The notes: generated from the letters alone by a model not told the origin. DNA of 63,802 bases, filler included, from Octopus bimaculoides (GCF_001194135.2; 8 parts of 8 records of this genome joined end to end with filler, not necessarily neighbours in it), one strand, 5' to 3'; positions 12,383 through 25,367 are shown, counted from the whole stretch's first letter. Numbers and translations: made by a program.

Positions 12383-13246
12383 GATAAGATTACTGAAGTG
12401 TTTAAATGTGATGAAACGAAATGATGATGGATGAGTGAAGAAGACAGAGAGAGGAAGTTCGTGTAGCAGCGGTAGTTGTTAGTGTTGTTGTTAATGATGA
12501 TGATGATAATGATGAAGACGATGGTGATGATGATGAGGATGATGAGGATGATGAGGATGATGATGAGGATGATGGTGGTGGTTATGGTTGTGGCGGTGGC
12601 GGTGGCGGTGGGGATCTGTGTTGGACAACGCATATCTACCGAAGTAGCAGTTGTAATAGTTGCAGGAGGAGGATGAGGAGAATGGTAGTAGCAAGGTAGC
12701 GCGGTAGCAGCCGGTTCCACAGCCCCGTTGTGTGTGTCATGTGTGATGTCGAGTAATGTATGTTGGATGGTGATTTGTTTCACGGAAATACGGACATACA
12801 ATGGGTCTCTGACCATGGTGGGTGTGGTGCGTACATATACATGCATACACTCACATACATACATACATACATACATACATGCATACATACATACACTCTC
12901 ATACATAGAAAGATACGTACACGTATGTCTGTATGTATGTACCTATGTATGCATGTATTACGAAAACCAGCGAATATTCATTGAATAAAAAAGTTAATGT
13001 ATAGATTTTAATGAGTATCAAAATTGTGTGTGTGTGTATGCATTTGTATATGTATGCGGTTATAGGGTCGTACGACCTAATACAAATATACATGCATACA
13101 TAAATACATAGATAGCTATACTATAAAGTATGTATGTTGTATGCTATATAACGTAACATACATGATGCATGCTTGTATATCTATATACCTGTATGTATTT
13201 GTATGCATATATATATATATGCATCAATGTATGCATGCAATTCTGC

Positions 13247-13288
<42 letters not shown>

Positions 13289-13298
13289 NNNNNNNNNN

Positions 13299-13336
<38 letters not shown>

Positions 13337-15182
13337 CATTGATGCTGTATAACGAATGTGGTATTTATAACGAATGTCTATAGAATGTGTGTACTATATA
13401 CTGTCTGTGTGAGTGTGTGTATATTCTTATGCCAATGAGTGTTTTGTTGCCGGTAAAATATTGTTGTATGTATACATGTGAGAACAGCCATTCGTATATA
13501 CGAAATCCCCAAGGCATGTATAGGTACGCACATATGATGTTTATTCATGTAGACAATATACTTGCATATGTGGTGAGACGTGTGCATTATGTCTAACCAT
13601 GGAGAGGTATTATGCTTGCATGCATACATACATGTATGCATACATGTATGCAATGTCATATGAAAGATGTATAAAATATAGTCTAGCATATATGCAGCGT
13701 GTATGCATGTAATACATACACAGACATAAACACACACATATATAAAATATATAAGATATATATGTAAAACACAAACACTCACACACACATATATATATGA
13801 TATAAAATATATGATATATACATATATATTATATGATATATAATATGTAATAGATATGTATGTATACATTCACACACACACACGTATGTAAGCATGTGTG
13901 TGTGTGTGTGTATGGCGGGGCAAGAAGGTTTTTACACAAGACTCACCACTTTGTATCAATTCGAATTTGTTGTTCTTAGTGATTGTTGCTTTTTTTAGTG
14001 TTGGTCAGCATCAATGCCACAGGACTAATATAAGCGCTCCGTGACAATAAATCTGCTGACCATGGTTGACCTGGAGTCGAATAACAACCATGTTATACGC
14101 ACACATGTACAGACACTTACCTACCTACCAACCTACCTACCAACCTACCTACCGACCTACGTCAAACTCAATCTCACACATTTGCTGCCATTTCTGTATA
14201 GATTTTTCTAACTACGTATATAATCACACATCCAGGAACATATACCTGCATTTCTTTACCAATACATACATACATACATACAGGCATATATATATATATA
14301 TTGTTTAATGTACACAGTATATAGTTATGAGCTACTAATAGTTTCATACNNNNNNNNNNNNNNNNNNNNNNNNNNNNNNNNNNNNNNNNNNNNNNNNNNN
14401 NNNNNNNNNNNNNNNNNNNNNNNNNNNNNNNNNNNNNNNNNNNNNNNNNNNNNNNNNNNNNNNNNNNNNNNNNNNNNNNNNNNNNNNNNNNNNNNNNNNN
14501 NNNNNNNNNNNNNNNNNNNNNNNNNNNNNNNNNNNNNNNNNNNNNNNNNNNNNNNNNNNNNNNNNNNNNNNNNNNNNNNNNNNNNNNNNNNNNNNNNNNN
14601 NNNNNNNNNNNNNNNNNNNNNNNNNNNNNNNNNNNNNNNNNNNNNNNNNNNNNNNNNNNNNNNNNNNNNNNNNNNNNNNNNNNNNNNNNNNNNNNNNNNN
14701 NNNNNNNNNNNNNNNNNNNNNNNNNNNNNNNNNNNNNNNNNNNNNNNNNNNNNNNNNNNNNNNNNNNNNNNNNNNNNNNNNNNNNNNNNNNNNNNNNNNN
14801 NNNNNNNNNNNNNNNNNNNNNNNNNNNNNNNNNNNNNNNNNNNNNNNNNNNNNNNNNNNNNNNNNNNNNNNNNNNNNNNNNNNNNNNNNNNNNNNNNNNN
14901 NNNNNNNNNNNNNNNNNNNNNNNNNNNNNNNNNNNNNNNNNNNNNNNNNNNNNNNNNNNNNNNNNNNNNNNNNNNNNNNNNNNNNNNNNNNNNNNNNNNN
15001 NNNNNNNNNNNNNNNNNNNNNNNNNNNNNNNNNNNNNNNNNNNNNNNNNNNNNNNNNNNNNNNNNNNNNNNNNNNNCACATCATTAATCATTAGCCATTA
15101 CGTTAGGCATCTTTTCACACACACATTATATACCTGTATATATATATATACATATAAATATACACAAATGTACACAGACACA

Positions 15183-15213
<31 letters not shown>

Positions 15214-15233
15214 CACAACACACACACACACAC

Positions 15234-15274
<41 letters not shown>

Positions 15275-16062
15275 ATATTGACATGTGATTCAAGCCATTT
15301 TTTAAACTGTCAGTTTTGATATTGTGGTTATTGATGTTGTAAATATTGTCTTTTCATGAGCCCACGATGGAGCATCGGCCAGCTAGAAATAGCTACCAAA
15401 TGTCCATCAGATCACATCCCTTAACTAAAGATCCCTTTTGTAGATAGGTCTTCTCGATGAGGATGGAACTGTAGAACAACAACAACAACGATAAATGATA
15501 TTATTATTATTATTATTATCATAAGATCATCGTTGTGGGAATTGTTGTTGTTGTTTTTAAGTTTCCGATTTGCTGGTGCCCACCCATACTTCTTGTAATT
15601 GCAAAACCCCACAAAAAGGAAGGGAAAAAAAACAACAATAGTTACCTACCTTGAAAAGCTTGTGAATGCTCGACAGGTGTCACTGGTGACTAGTCTCTCC
15701 TGATCATCAGCTGCTTCGATTTGCCAAGAGACACCTTAATATTTTAACGCACTAACCGCACTGATGCCATTCACACTCATATATATCGATGAAATATTAA
15801 TCAAATGAGATTTTTAAGCGTCTCTTTATCTATTTATGAAGAGGTTTTCATATTAAATATCCCAACTTCGAAATGAGTAAATCTTCGCCGTATATTTTTT
15901 CTTATGATTGCCTTAAAATAAAAATCGCAAATTGACTTCTTCCCCCACCTTTTAATAAGGTCGACCGGGAGACCGTGTGTCTATGTATGTGAATATATAG
16001 AGAAACGTATGTACGTCTGCGTTTGGCTCACGCAGCCTCTGTATGTAAAACGTAGTCTGTGC

Positions 16063-16097
<35 letters not shown>

Positions 16098-16804
16098 GAC
16101 ACACGCACGCACTGCTATATGTGAAGGTCTACGAATGCATTGTTTGAAATTCTGGTTGTATGTTAATGCGAAGTGAGCTAAAATATATCGACATATAATT
16201 TATACACACAGTAAACAAGATCTAAAATGTTCTATGAAATTAAACTGGCGCTCTTTCACATTTACACACACGCACTCATACACAAAAGCACACTCCCACA
16301 CCCCCACACACACGTATGCCTTTCTTTCTTTTTTTTTCCGCGGATTTTCAATTAAAGACTTGGGTCGGAAAAGGCGGGGCCCGAAACTGTAAAGTGGTCG
16401 CCCGGTAGCATCGTCGCTAAAAATACAGAGATCGTGTGTGCGTGTGTAATTGTCCCGGTCGATGAGCGTTTCAGTAGCGCTGGAAACGTTACATTCAGCT
16501 GTCCGTTGTGAGAGACTCGAAGCCCTTTCCGCCGCTACTGACACCACTTTTCATTCTGTTTGCTTTCTTTACTCTAACCTACTCCTCCTCCTCCTCCTCC
16601 TCCTCCTCCCCCAGACCAAACATTACTACTACTACTACTATAGCCTTCCTCCTTCTTCTCATCCTTTCCTTCCTCCTCCTCCTCCTCATCTCTTTTCTTT
16701 TCTCCTCAACTGCACGTTACTTCGTCATTACTCCATCACTCACTTTCTTCATCTCACTCAGATTTCTTCCTCCTCTCTCTCTCCCCCCTCTCTCTCCCAC
16801 TCCA

Positions 16805-16846
<42 letters not shown>

Positions 16847-17940
16847 CGTTTCTCTTTCTCTCCATCTGTTTTATCTCTCTTCTCTTTCTGTACAATGTCA
16901 ACTCCAGACTGTCATCTCCGCCTCTCCAACAGACGTGAATTCGCGTCAGATGCGATAAACAAAAAAATTTAAACTGAGCGATAAGCTTCGTCATATACAA
17001 GCAATATAAAGGGAGCCCTGTTCGGTTGCATTTGCGGGGCATTTAGTTACGCTATCAATCAATCCATCTTTTATATATATACATATATATATATAATACA
17101 AAATGGGACAACAGCCAGGTGACACAAGAAAGGGACATATACATATACATAGATACACACACACACACACACACATCCACGCACACACACACACACACAC
17201 ACATACACACATCCACGCACACATACACACACACATGTGCCTGTGTACACACACATATATACATGTTGAAAATAAAGACTAAATCTCGCCTTATACGTTG
17301 CAAATAATTGTAATATTTATTTAGAACTTATCCTCGAGTCGTTGTTTGTTGTTTTTACCGGTGTTATATTATTATTATTATTATTGTTCGGTGTATTACT
17401 GATAAGCACAGCTATATCCTGGCTATGTGTGTCTCTCAGCTCTTGTACTCCTGGCTAAACATGGCACACAGTCAGTCGCGAGCGGCCTAGAATGACGCTT
17501 TGTCTCAACGCCGACGTCTCAGTTGCAGTTCAAAGCACGTTTCTACGCCACGGACGCTCTGCAGCTGGGAGTGCGCGCGCGCGCAAGCATGCGTTACTGA
17601 TTTTTGTGTTTTTCTGTGTTAGTAATTTTAGTGTCTGCATGTATGTTTGTGCATGTCCACATGTGTGTGTCTCTAAGCCTACGTGCGTCAATATTTTATG
17701 TATAGGCGTACGTGTGAGTGTATATATATATATATTCATGTGTGAGTGTGTGTTTTTGTGCATTTGTGTGCATACATTAGTGTGTATTGGTCGATGTCTG
17801 TTTATGCTTGTCTAAATGTGTGCGTATGTTTGTGTGTATGTATATGTGTATATTTATGTATTTCTGCATACACGTGTATACGCAGCTAATTACGTAGGAG
17901 TGTGTATTTGTATGGACAGAAACATATGTATAAGTTTGTG

Positions 17941-18250
17941 TCACTGGCTGTTAAAAGTATAAACCGAGGAGAGTAACATCCTTGTCATCCAGGCAAAACA
18001 ATTAAAGTGACAAACTCTGTGGATCGTTGACCTCGGAGACGAGGACGCCATTCCAAGAACTGAATCTCCATATCTGGCTCTTAAAAATACGGAATAAGTT
18101 TCATTCTCTGACACCAGATCGGAAAAAGAACGTTCTGTCATTGGATTCCAGCTGATTAGAGTAGACTTGCAAACTTCTGTCTTTCAAATCAAGTATCAAC
18201 TGCTGAGGTATCCACTTTATAACCACTTAGAGTGGATGGTAAACTCCCTG
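17941..18250 (-). mobile_element. Possible highly decayed LINE RT fragment
   Basis: Weak resemblance only (LKDRSLQVYSNQLESNDRTFFRSGVR ... DDKDVTLL) to the SGV-x-QG and ADD regions of an RT; contains stops. Confidence 0.3.
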
Positions 18251-18460
18251 AACAACTATTTTAAGAGGCGCCCATCGTTAACTGTTGCTATATATACGTA
18301 TTTGATACTGTATGTAATGGATATATATATATATAATATCATATATATAATATCATATATATATATATGTGTGTATGTGTGTGTAATTGAAGGAAAAGTA
18401 GGTAGACACGATTTGAATAAAAACTATTTAGCGCTTTCGTCCCTGTTAGGGATTTATAAA

Positions 18461-18491
<31 letters not shown>

Positions 18492-18889
18492 TGTATGTAT
18501 GTATGCATGTATGCATGTATGCGTAGTTCTGACTCAAAATGTCGATCAAGCCGTTCCCATATCTCTATGGACATCGATTACTTAGCAGTGACTGTTTGAA
18601 TTATAACTTTATTCTATCAACTTCTGTTTGAAGTTGATAGAATAAATGAACATCAATTGGGTTTCCATTCCCGACTGCGTCTCTTCACGACTGTTCTGTC
18701 GAAAATGGTATTGACAAGGCCGTGTGAAGTTTGGCACCGCTTACTTCATTTCTCTATACTTCTTTCAGACAATAGATTATAGGTATCTGATAGAAAATCA
18801 ATAATAGCTAAAAGTCAATAGTTATGGATATAGATTAGTTAGAGGAAACAGCCTACCACAACATATATGTGTGTATATATATATATATA

Positions 18890-19085
18890 CCGTTGACTGA
18901 ACACTATTCAATTTTTTTTCTCCGTGTTTTTCTCCTTGTCTCCGTATTCTTTCTGTTGAAGAGCGTAGCTCGAAACGTCAAAGACTTTCCGTATTCCCGA
19001 GCGTCATACTAATATATACTTTTGTTATTTACACCACCTGTCCTCGTCTGTTGTTATTTTTTGTATATTCTCCCATATATATATA
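18890..19085 (+). mobile_element. Penelope-like terminal repeat fragment
   Basis: TA-flanked short element containing a TGAAGAG...CGAAACGTC terminal motif, i.e. the hammerhead below; no ORF. Confidence 0.6.
18948..18984 (+). ncRNA. Minimal type-I hammerhead ribozyme motif, CUGUUGA core variant
   Basis: TCTTT CTGTTGA A GAGC gta GCTC GAAA CG TC AAAGA: stem I TCTTT/AAAGA, stem II GAGC/GCTC, palindromic ACGT stem III, GUC triplet. Confidence 0.7.
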
Positions 19086-20499
19086 TATATATGTATGTAT
19101 ACATGTATACAAACACATGTGTGTGTGTTCATGTCAAGTCCTATACAAAAACAATATTAAACCCAAGACTTACTCAATACTTCTAAGTTGAGTGCATGTT
19201 TGTTTTACAAGGAAAATGTTGACAGTAACTTCAAAGTTTCGGCTTGCTTACCTTCGTTGGACTCTGATTTACTTTATAATTTTCTTTGACAGGTGGTATT
19301 TTTTTTTTTTTTTTTTGAGAGGGTGAGTAGGTGGATCAATATCATGAAAATTAGGTGTGGGTGTAGGTAGATAAGGAAAGTAGCTGTAACAAGAAGGAAT
19401 AGAGATGGATCGGAGGATAGATTATCCCCGTAGAGAGTGGACTGACAGACAATTATAGTGAAGAGATTTATTTTAGTTTGATACTGGAATTTTGCTATTA
19501 TTTATGATTCGGTCAGATGTAGAATCAATAATGTAAACAGATGTGTCATGTTAAAGTCACGGCATTCTATGTATATAAGGTTGAAAGAATGTTTGTAGAT
19601 AATACTGGGGTTGAATTTGGCGTTGGTGTTTTTAGCATTTTATTAAGAAATTTTAAACTGTGTACTTTTGGAAGTTTAAGATAGAGGAGACTATGTTACT
19701 ACAAAAAATGTTTATAATAAGATTGGAATGATCGCATTTATGTGATTGCAGTTTACTGATGTGCAGTCAACCACTGGACTTTTGAACGCATCCGTCGATC
19801 GGATGTGTAATGTCGGTTTAACCTAAACACACACACACACACACACACATACACACACATACATATATGTATATATATATATATATATNNNNNNNNNNNN
19901 NNNNNNNNNNNNNNNNNNNNNNNNNNNNNNNNNNNNNNNNNNNNNNNNNNNNNNNNNNNNNNNNNNNNNNNNNNNNNNNNNNNNNNNNNNNNNNNNNNNN
20001 NNNNNNNNNNNNNNNNNNNNNNNNNNNNNNNNNNNNNNNNNNNNNNNNNNNNNNNNNNNNNNNNNNNNNNNNNNNNNNNNNNNNNNNNNNNNNNNNNNNN
20101 NNNNNNNNNNNNNNNNNNNNNNNNNNNNNNNNNNNNNNNNNNNNNNNNNNNNNNNNNNNNNNNNNNNNNNNNNNNNNNNNNNNNNNNNNNNNNNNNNNNN
20201 NNNNNNNNNNNNNNNNNNNNNNNNNNNNNNNNNNNNNNNNNNNNNNNNNNNNNNNNNNNNNNNNNNNNNNNNNNNNNNNNNNNNNNNNNNNNNNNNNNNN
20301 NNNNNNNNNNNNNNNNNNNNNNNNNNNNNNNNNNNNNNNNNNNNNNNNNNNNNNNNNNNNNNNNNNNNNNNNNNNNNNNNNNNNNNNNNNNNNNNNNNNN
20401 NNNNNNNNNNNNNNNNNNNNNNNNNNNNNNNNNNNNNNNNNNNNNNNNNNNNNNNNNNNNNNNNNNCATAATTAACTGTTACTTCAGCGGTGATGACCA

Positions 20500-21020
20500 T
20501 ATCTGGCTAGTACATTGGTGGTGTGGAAACTTCAGCTACAAGCCCAGGTGGATGTGCAGTTTCTAATCCAAAGCCGCGTGGTCGGGGGGGGGGGGCATCA
20601 TTTTTTCCAGTGGTTGGTAGGCATTCTCTCCAGTTATGGTGGCAAATGTAAATTGACTGCTTAGATCGAAAGACACTTGATAAGGCTTTCTTCAAAGCAC
20701 TTTTCCTGGACTTGTCTAGCCATGAATATCCTAACTGTTGCATCTTAGTTTGGTTTGAAGCCACACTGAGATTCTGGTAAGATTCTCTCTGTGATGTGGA
20801 CATTTAGCCTTGTCAGAAGTTTCTCGGCAACGGTTTCTTCTGGGCCAACAAAGCCATGCCACAGTATTTTTCCCAGCTGTCACGTGGTCATTGGCTTTTG
20901 TACAAAGGTATCATGACGTTTCGCCAGTCTTTAGCTATTTCCCTGCTTGCCAAGATGTCGCGTATGATCCTGTGCACAAAGAGCATCAGGTGCCCACCAC
21001 CAGGCAATTTTACTGCAGTT
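20500..21020 (-). mobile_element. RTE-type LINE, decayed RT N-terminal region
   Basis: Frameshifted reading DWRNVMIPLYKS ... LLTRLNVHITERILPESQCGFKP ... IFMARQVQEKCFEE matches the RTE pattern LPESQCGFR / RQ.QEKC.E. Confidence 0.8.
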
Positions 21021-21345
21021 TACCGCGGAGAAACAATTAGCGCGAAGCAAAATGATAGAAGTAAACGAAATGAGTTGAAATGCTTGTGGCGTTTATTTTA
21101 TATCACTGTTTCGCGATAATACGAACGCGGTCTGCGAGCAAGTTAGCAATTAGGTTCGACAGATTTATCATAAAGCTACGGATTTCTAATTAGAGCATGG
21201 TCATCTAGGAATCCAATAGAGATGGCCACTAATGTGACAATCGTGTGTTTACACAAGTGAAAACGGTTTTCTCCACGGTAAGCTGACGTAAAATTGCCTT
21301 TAGAAGTTAAAATATGTCAGAAACATATTTGAAGTAACCTAAAGC

Positions 21346-21402
<57 letters not shown>

Positions 21403-21965
21403 NNNNNNNNNNNNNNNNNNNNNNNNNNNNNNNNNNNNNNNNNNNNNNNNNNNNNNNNNNNNNNNNNNNNNNNNNNNNNNNNNNNNNNNNNNNNNNNNNN
21501 NNNNNNNNNNNNNNNNNNNNNNNNNNNNNNNNNNNNNNNNNNNNNNNNNNNNNNNNNNNNNNNNNNNNNNNNNNNNNNNNNNNNNNNNNNNNNNNNNNNN
21601 NNNNNNNNNNNNNNNNNNNNNNNNNNNNNNNNNNNNNNNNNNNNNNNNNNNNNNNNNNNNNNNNNNNNNNNNNNNNNNNNNNNNNNNNNNNNNNNNNNNN
21701 NNNNNNNNNNNNNNNNNNNNNNNNNNNNNNNNNNNNNNNNNNNNNNNNNNNNNNNNNNNNNNNNNNNNNNNNNNNNNNNNNNNNNNNNNNNNNNNNNNNN
21801 NNNNNNNNNNNNNNNNNNNNNNNNNNNNNNNNNNNNNNNNNNNNNNNNNNNNNNNNNNNNNNNNNNNNNNNNNNNNNNNNNNNNNNNNNNNNNNNNNNNN
21901 NNNNNNNNNNNNNNNNNNNNNNNAAGAAGAAGAAGAAGAAGAAGAAGAAGAAGAAGAAGAAGAAG

Positions 21966-21997
<32 letters not shown>

Positions 21998-22619
21998 GCT
22001 CCATGAAAAGAAAACAGAACAGCTTGAAAAATCCTTGCAGGAGGGTTCGACACCCAGCTGGATGCCAAAGCGAAAGACATTGTTTGTACAGGTTCTGCTG
22101 CATCAACGCATATCATATGTACATAAATACATGTGTATATGCATGTATATATATACGTATATATATATATATATATGTATATGCATGTGTGTATACTTTT
22201 ACTGAATTTCTTTACGATCCCCACCAACTTAAGCTATTTCTCGCCGTTCCGTGCATGACTCCCCTTCTGCACTCAAGGTTTTTTCGGGACTATATAATAA
22301 AATATATTAATTTATACACCCGCAACCCGCCCAATACAACACTGTTTTATGTTTTGAAAATAAGTTACCAAGTCAATCCAAATGCTTGTTGGTCAAATTG
22401 AATCATGTCAAACCGTGTATTACATCCACCATCACAATTCTATTCCAGAATTCTTGATCCCAGCTGAGCGACGAACGCGAACCTGGAACTCTGAAGGACA
22501 ATCCCTTATTTACGAGGCCTTTGCAGCTGCAATGTAAAAAGCACAAACACACACACACACGTGTATATATATATANNNNNNNNNNNNNNNNNNNNNNNNN
22601 NNNNNNNNNNNNNNNNNNN

Positions 22620-22631
22620 TTAATTAATTAA
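22620..22631. other. Synthetic assembly spacer N44-TTAATTAATTAA-N44 (also at 28335, 30618, 46978, 54768, 58392, 61410)
   Basis: Identical 12-mer centred in 100-bp N blocks seven times; contains stop codons in all frames. Confidence 0.97.
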
Positions 22632-22675
22632 NNNNNNNNNNNNNNNNNNNNNNNNNNNNNNNNNNNNNNNNNNNN

Positions 22676-23050
22676 GGGAGAGGTATGCAGTAATATACAT
22701 CTGGAAGATCCTGGAAGGAATTGCGAAAAATTTTGGCATTGAAAGCTACATCAATGCCAGAACAGGAAGACATAGCATAGTGCCAAAGATCCCAGCAATG
22801 CCAGCGCGCTTCAGGACCAGTTACTGCAACAATTTGGGTTTCAGGGGCCCACAGCTTTTTAATATTCTCCCAAAGAGCCTGAGGAACCTGCACAAAGTAG
22901 ATGTAGGGGTTATTAAATCAAAGCTGGACCTCTTCCTGTCGAGTGTCCCAGATGAACCAACCTCACGGCTATAGGTGCAAATGAGGGTAGCTACATCAAA
23001 CTCCATTCTTCACCAAGGGCCACATATTGTAAGAGGCTCTCTGTAATAAC
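22676..23050 (+). mobile_element. CR1/L2-type LINE 3' fragment
   Basis: ERYAVIYIWKILEGI...FRGPQLFNILPKSLRNL...IKSKLDLFLSSVPDEP; typical CR1-clade ORF2 C-terminus. Confidence 0.85.
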
Positions 23051-23122
23051 AGTGTAGCAACACGGCGGTGCATCAGCATGGCCGCAGCCCTCTCTATATA
23101 TATATATCTTAGAAAGAACACA

Positions 23123-23285
23123 GGCGCAGGAGTGGGTATGTGGTAAGTACCTTGCTTACCAACCACATGGTTCCGGGTTCAGTCCCACTGCGTGGCATTT
23201 TGGGCAAGTGTCTTCTACTATAGCCTCGGGCTGACCGAACCCTTGTGAGTGGATTTGGTAGACGGAAACTGAAAGAAGCCCGTCG
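23123..23285 (+). mobile_element. tRNA-derived CORE-like SINE family 1, 5' module only
   Basis: GGAGTGGGTATGTGGTAAG ... GGGTTCAGTCCC ... TTGGGCAAGTG ... gaaactgaaagaagcccgtcg, then (TA)n; no 3' module. Confidence 0.9.
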
Positions 23286-23741
23286 TATATATATATATAT
23301 ATATATATATACAATAGCTGTTAATCGACACGTCTTGCAGTTTATGTAACGAGGTGAACGAGGCCACATGGAAGTAATAACAATAGATTAAAAAAACCCA
23401 TTTGACAATAGACAGCCATTTCCGATTCACCTTTATAAACGCGTGAGAAAAAACAACGTCTGTATACATTCTTAGCTAAGTTATACACACATATATACAC
23501 CCTGTGACATAAATGCTTCATTTATCTACACACCTACACACACATATCTCAATACACAAAAACGAGGAACCAATCAGCGCTCAGATAGCCATACACACAT
23601 ACTTAGCCTCACATGCTTGTATATATATGTATATATATGTATATATATCGTTGAGTAGTCGAACAGATTTTCTCCCGTTATTTGGTTAAGGACGGTTGAG
23701 GTTTTTTATTCAACGAGGAATCAGACGTGCGTATACACAAA

Positions 23742-23921
23742 ATGGCTCTTACAGTTTACGGTGTTCTAACCCTGGGGTTGCTAGCCCTGCAGTTTTTGAA
23801 CAGGGGTTACTGTTTCGCCAGCGCAAATTCTACAGAAAACCCCTATTTCACAGGAAACCCTAATGTCACGGGAAACCCTAATTTCACAGAGACCTATAAC
23901 TCCTCAGAGGCGATATATTAT
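23742..23921 (+). CDS. Candidate first coding exon of a secreted or membrane glycoprotein
   Basis: aaaATGG start; MALTVYGVLTLGLLALQFLNRGYCFA signal-peptide-like N-terminus; four N-x-S/T sequons; exactly 60 codons then |GTAAGT. No downstream exon identified. Confidence 0.45.
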
Positions 23922-24007
23922 GTAAGTACTGCAAAAGCAAATTATTTATATTCATGTAAATTTCGTTAAATTCTCAGATTAACCCCTGCACGATTTTCAC
24001 TAGGATG

Positions 24008-24562
24008 TTAGGGTTAGGATTTAGGGTCAGTATTAGGGTTAGTATTTTAGTGGTTAGTGAGTTAGGGTTAAGGTTAGAGTTAGGGTTAAGGGTTAGGGTT
24101 AGGGTTAGGGTCAGGTTTAGGGATAGGGTTTAGGGTCGGGATTGGGGTTAGGGATAGGGATTAGAGCTAGTGTTAGGGTTTTGGGGTAGGGTTAGTGTTT
24201 TGGGGTTAGGGTTAGGGTCAGGGCAGGGTTTATGTTTTAGGGTTAGGGGTAGGGTTTAGGGTTTTGGGGTCGGGGTTAATTTTTTAGGGTTAGGGGTAGG
24301 GTTTATGGTTAGGGTTAGGGTTAGAGTCAGGGTTAATGTTTTAGTGTCAGGGTTAGGGTTAGGGTTTTAGGGTTAGGGTTAATGTTTTAGGATTAGGGGT
24401 AGGGTTTAGGGTTAGGGTTTTAGGGTCAGGGTTAATGTTTTAGGATTAGGGGTAGGGTTTAGGGTTAGGGTTAGGATCAGGGTTAGGGTTTTATGGTCAG
24501 GGTTAATGTTTTAGGGTTAGAGTTAGGGTTAGTGTTAGGGTTTTAGTGTCTGGGTTAGGGGT
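24008..24562 (+). repeat. Interstitial degenerate telomere-like (TTAGGG)n array
   Basis: Dozens of TTAGGG/TCAGGG/TTTAGGG/GTAGGG units; an identical 44-nt block at 24376-24419 and 24429-24472. Confidence 0.93.
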
Positions 24563-24570
24563 ATTAACCC

Positions 24571-24990
24571 ATTATTATTACTATTATTATTATTCTTTTA
24601 TGTTTGACATTTGCTTTGCATTTGTACAAGTTGGATCCAAGTCTCACCCAGAGACCTCAAGAGACAACAAGTTAGAAGTTCATGTAGGTGTTATGTCTAG
24701 GGTACCATATATTTGGATTTGTACAGTTTTGTTCAAGTGAATGTTTAAGAAACCATAAGAAAATTATGTGTTTGTTTTAAAATTTGAGATCACATATACA
24801 GTATTTTACGTAGGATATGGGCAGTTCCCATGAGCACTATCTTTTGAACTTCAGCCATTTTGGGGTTTCCTGGTATCTGAGCTAGGTAGTAATCAGCCCG
24901 TTTCGCTGTCATTCCCAGGGCACCTATGACAATAGGTATTGTTTTAGTCTTCAGGTTCCACATTTTGCTAATTTCTATTTCAAGATCTTT
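24571..24990 (-). mobile_element. R4/Dong-type retrotransposon 3' end (REL endonuclease C-terminus + 3' UTR)
   Basis: KDLEIEISKMWNLKTKTIPIVIGALG...VQKIVLMGTAHILRKIL; ends in a TAA tract at about 24571-24595; upstream part lost in an N gap. Confidence 0.88.
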
Positions 24991-25367
24991 NNNNNNNNNN
25001 NNNNNNNNNNNNNNNNNNNNNNNNNNNNNNNNNNNNNNNNNNNNNNNNNNNNNNNNNNNNNNNNNNNNNNNNNNNNNNNNNNNNNNNNNNNNNNNNNNNN
25101 NNNNNNNNNNNNNNNNNNNNNNNNNNNNNNNNNNNNNNNNNNNNNNNNNNNNNNNNNNNNNNNNNNNNNNNNNNNNNNNNNNNNNNNNNNNNNNNNNNNN
25201 NNNNNNNNNNNNNNNNNNNNNNNNNNNNNNNNNNNNNNNNNNNNNNNNNNNNNNNNNNNNNNNNNNNNNNNNNNNNNNNNNNNNNNNNNNNNNNNNNNNN
25301 NNNNNNNNNNNNNNNNNNNNNNNNNNNNNNNNNNNNNNNNNNNNNNNNNNNNNNNNNNNNNNNNNNN

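Noticed and set aside
19180-19760. Possible LINE endonuclease remnant
   Set aside because: Only a DFN-like tripeptide is suggestive; too decayed to support.
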